From a virus (taxonomy: Duplodnaviria > Caudoviricetes), in IMG/VR virus record IMGVR_UViG_3300037518_000370, positions 1-29,164 of that record: DNA of 29,164 nucleotides, one strand, 5' to 3'. A program made the position numbers and the translations under genes. A model generated the notes under the pieces. It did no database searches, was not told the DNA's origin, and worked only from the letters and a program-made list of their open reading frames with translations. Shown here piece by piece: positions 27,247-29,164 of this stretch (positions are counted from its first letter, which is position 1; the number at the start of each line of letters is the position of its first letter).

Positions 27247-27767
27247 CTAGGCACCCTAAGAATAGGGCGGATATCTCTTCGAGCCGCGTGCAGGTTCACC
27301 CCCAGGGCCATCGCCCCGTGCCCGCTGAACACCTTGGGCACGTCCCTCACGACCCGTCTCGCCATCTGCACCAGCTGGGTGTCCGGCGTGGACTTGACCC
27401 CACCCAAGGCGCGCTTCGCCTCCTCTGGCTCAACTACGATGAACCCCGCTGCACAGAACCTGGCCATCATCCGCAGGTGCCCTACCGTCTCAGGAACCCT
27501 GTAGTTGCCAGCATTCTGAACGGCCCGCGCCTGACCACCTACCATCACGCGGCTCTGGCGCTCATAGGCCACCACACCGATGTCCCACCTTTGGAAAAGC
27601 TTCGCTAAGGTCTCCACCATCCGCCAAAGCCTGTCGTCCACCGACTCACCCTTCTTGGGAGAGACCGGCCAGTAGTCCAGTAACCTTGGTTTCGGCTCGT
27701 AGCGCACCACGGTAATGGCGCCCGATCGGGTCCCTGGGTCCTGGGAGAGAACGGTCAGGTAGCTCAA
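27243..27767 (-). CDS. RuvC-like (RNase H fold) Holliday junction resolvase homolog
   Basis: VLSQDPGTRSG, VAYE and PEEAKRALGG motifs. The C-terminal acidic motif is degenerate. Confidence 0.75.
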   Translation of the reverse strand: MSYLTVLSQDPGTRSGAITVVRYEPKPRLLDYWPVSPKKGESVDDRLWRMVETLAKLFQRWDIGVVAYERQSRVMVGGQARAVQNAGNYRVPETVGHLRMMARFCAAGFIVVEPEEAKRALGGVKSTPDTQLVQMARRVVRDVPKVFSGHGAMALGVNLHAARRDIRPILRVPR

Positions 27768-27985
27768 ATGCCCACCGGGATGTCCTCAACTTCCAACTCA
27801 CGCAGGGCCCATCGGATGAGGGCCGACCGGCTAGCCCGGCGAGCCCCTCTAGCCTTCAGCCGTTCGACCATGACATCCATCTCCTGAACGTCAGACGTGA
27901 ACATCGAAATCGTGATGGTCTTGGTTGCTCGCCCGGGCGCGTAGGTTTTTTCGGATTTCTCTTCAGTCACGGTTGGTTTCTCCAA
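27764..27985 (-). CDS. Ribbon-helix-helix (CopG/Arc/MetJ-like) DNA-binding protein
   Basis: KTITISM strand, a helix, then an SRSALIRWAL helix. Confidence 0.75.
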   Translation of the reverse strand: MEKPTVTEEKSEKTYAPGRATKTITISMFTSDVQEMDVMVERLKARGARRASRSALIRWALRELEVEDIPVGI

Positions 27986-28027
27986 AGGGGTTGGCCAGCT
28001 TTTCCCTTCCGGTACCCACGGAACAAA

Positions 28028-28248
28028 TGGTTGAACCAGTTAAGGGCTCCTCTTATTGGGTCTCACCTTACTAGGCAAGTACTCGGCCATAGGTGATATA
28101 TGAAGTGTGCTTAAGACTTCGTCAATGGCTCATTATAAGAACGGCTGGCCAATTGGGCAACCAGTAACTGGTTCAACCACTTTTCGGCCAACTGGCCCGC
28201 TCCAAAACTCGCACCTTTCCCTACATTTGCAAGATTGGTTGAACCAAT
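28028..28248. promoter_or_regulatory. Three TGGTT(G/C)AACCA palindromic operator-like sites
   Basis: Copies at 28028-28038, 28169-28179 and 28236-28246. Confidence 0.7.
28132..28160 (-). promoter_or_regulatory. Sigma70-like promoter facing the leftward operon
   Basis: TTGCCC (28160-28155), 17-bp spacer, TATAAT (28137-28132). Confidence 0.6.
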
Positions 28249-28932
28249 ATTCCTCAACGATTTAAAGCACCTACAGCGCCGAAAAATAATGCTTGACACG
28301 CAAAATTTTCGTAGCGTAAATGGGAGGGGGAAGGGGGAGGGAACTTCAGGGTGCAGGAAGGCCGGCTAAAGGTTCCCTCCCCGACACGCTGACCGCCATC
28401 TAGACGGCTCGCGGTTCTCGACCGGCTTGGTCTCAGTTCTCAGCTGTAGAGGTTTTGGAAAATTTGCTGGCGCCCGAGAGGGGACCGCCCCACCCTGACA
28501 CCTACCCGCTCCCCCCTTGGGCCCGGCGGTACAAATCGCGACAAGAGGGACGGGCAAAGGAGCGACGCTGGCCGCCTCGAGGAACGGCAGGGCGCCGAGC
28601 GGGACCGCGAGAGGGACACAGCAAATAAGGGAAAAACAGGGTGGATTAAGGCTGGCCGGTCGGGTAGGTAAGGGATTTTTGGGCGGCTTTACCCTCCTCT
28701 TCTTCCCCCGGCCAGATACCACGGTCTTCCGGCCCACCGGTCAGAACGGTCTGACCAGGTTGCCTTGACCTGATTGCATAGCGGAGTGACTCCGATGTCA
28801 TGGTAGACATTGCTTAGTTATTTCGCTTAGTTAGCTGCTTTTTTGGCATCGGCTTTCGGGTTGGTAGGGCGTCGCTACCATGGGTCGCCGTTGACCCTGT
28901 AGCTATTACGCTATCATTACGTAGTCTTTACC

Positions 28933-28949
28933 TTGGCACGGCCTATGCA
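28933..28949 (+). promoter_or_regulatory. Sigma54-type -24/-12 promoter
   Basis: TTGGCACGGCCTATGCA versus consensus YTGGCACGRNNNTTGCW: one mismatch, exact GG-N10-GC spacing, 30 nt before an ATG. Confidence 0.6.
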
Positions 28950-28979
28950 TTAGGTATCGTGTAAGTGAAAGGACGAACC

Positions 28980-29164
28980 ATGTTGTTACACGGATTCTTG
29001 GCCGCCTTGGCCCTCTCGACCGCGCCAATTGGCGTCAGTCCAGTCCGACAGGTGCGGGCTGAGGTTAGTGCTTGCTACGCCGCTGGTGAGCTTCACGCGG
29101 CAATGGCGGCCTCGGCAGGGCTGGACCCTGAAGGTGGGTTCGAGCTCGGGTTCAGCCGATGCCG
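28980..29164 (+). CDS. Divergent hypothetical protein with signal-peptide-like N-terminus, truncated at window edge
   Basis: AAGGA SD; MLLHGFLAALALSTAP... open to the end of the window. Confidence 0.65.
   Translation, partial: MLLHGFLAALALSTAPIGVSPVRQVRAEVSACYAAGELHAAMAASAGLDPEGGFELGFSRC
29145..29164 (+). repeat. 20-bp exact match to 1726-1745
   Basis: CTCGGGTTCAGCCGATGCCG occurs at both positions. Confidence 0.9.

Larger units (their letters stand above)
1..27985 (-). mobile_element. Tailed phage/prophage late (packaging, head, short tail, lysis) gene module, podovirus-like
   Basis: Co-oriented, translationally coupled ORFs including TerL, portal, major capsid, adaptor, gp10-like hub and ejection proteins. 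No tape measure, sheath or integrase seen. Confidence 0.95.

Noticed and set aside
71-27608. Numerous short plus-strand and alternate-frame ORFs in the track
   Set aside because: Shadows of GC-rich minus-strand genes with Ser/Arg/Pro-rich translations. Only 25981-26397 is kept, as doubtful.
1-27985. Alternative genetic code (TGA readthrough) suggested by the in-frame TGA at 3247-3249
   Set aside because: Many genes end in TGA with ATGA or TGATG coupling, and long ORFs are intact under the standard code.
28293-28321. Plus-strand TTGACA promoter
   Set aside because: The -10 at 17-bp spacing (GTAAAT) is weak and no convincing gene follows closely.
28366-28768. ORFs 28366-28737 (-) and 28517-28768 (+)
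   Set aside because: Non-ATG starts, no clear SD and low-complexity composition in a likely control region.

Overview
A 29-kb segment of a GC-rich tailed dsDNA phage or prophage with a short-tailed, podovirus-like morphogenesis module. Almost all genes lie on the minus strand in one tightly coupled array. Read right to left: RHH regulator, RuvC-like nuclease, hypotheticals, GNAT-like protein, probable TerS, collagen/LamG fibre, TerL, portal, GroES-like co-chaperonin, scaffold, capsid decoration protein and major capsid, beta-helix proteins, head-tail adaptor, tailspike, P22 gp10-like tail hub, four probable ejection proteins, a Trp-rich 16-unit repeat fibre, then a holin-like protein and a lipoprotein. 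A ~1-kb divergent control region (27986-28979) holds three TGGTTSAACCA palindromes, a leftward sigma70-like promoter and a rightward sigma54-type (-24/-12) promoter. The most unusual signal is an exact 70-bp direct repeat (1744-1813 = 4174-4243) shared by the repeat-fibre gene and the largest ejection-protein gene and read in different frames. An adjoining 20-bp exact match (1726-1745) equals the last 20 bases of the window, and the fibre gene also has a nested in-frame start. Functional calls come from motif recognition and gene order only; no searches were run.
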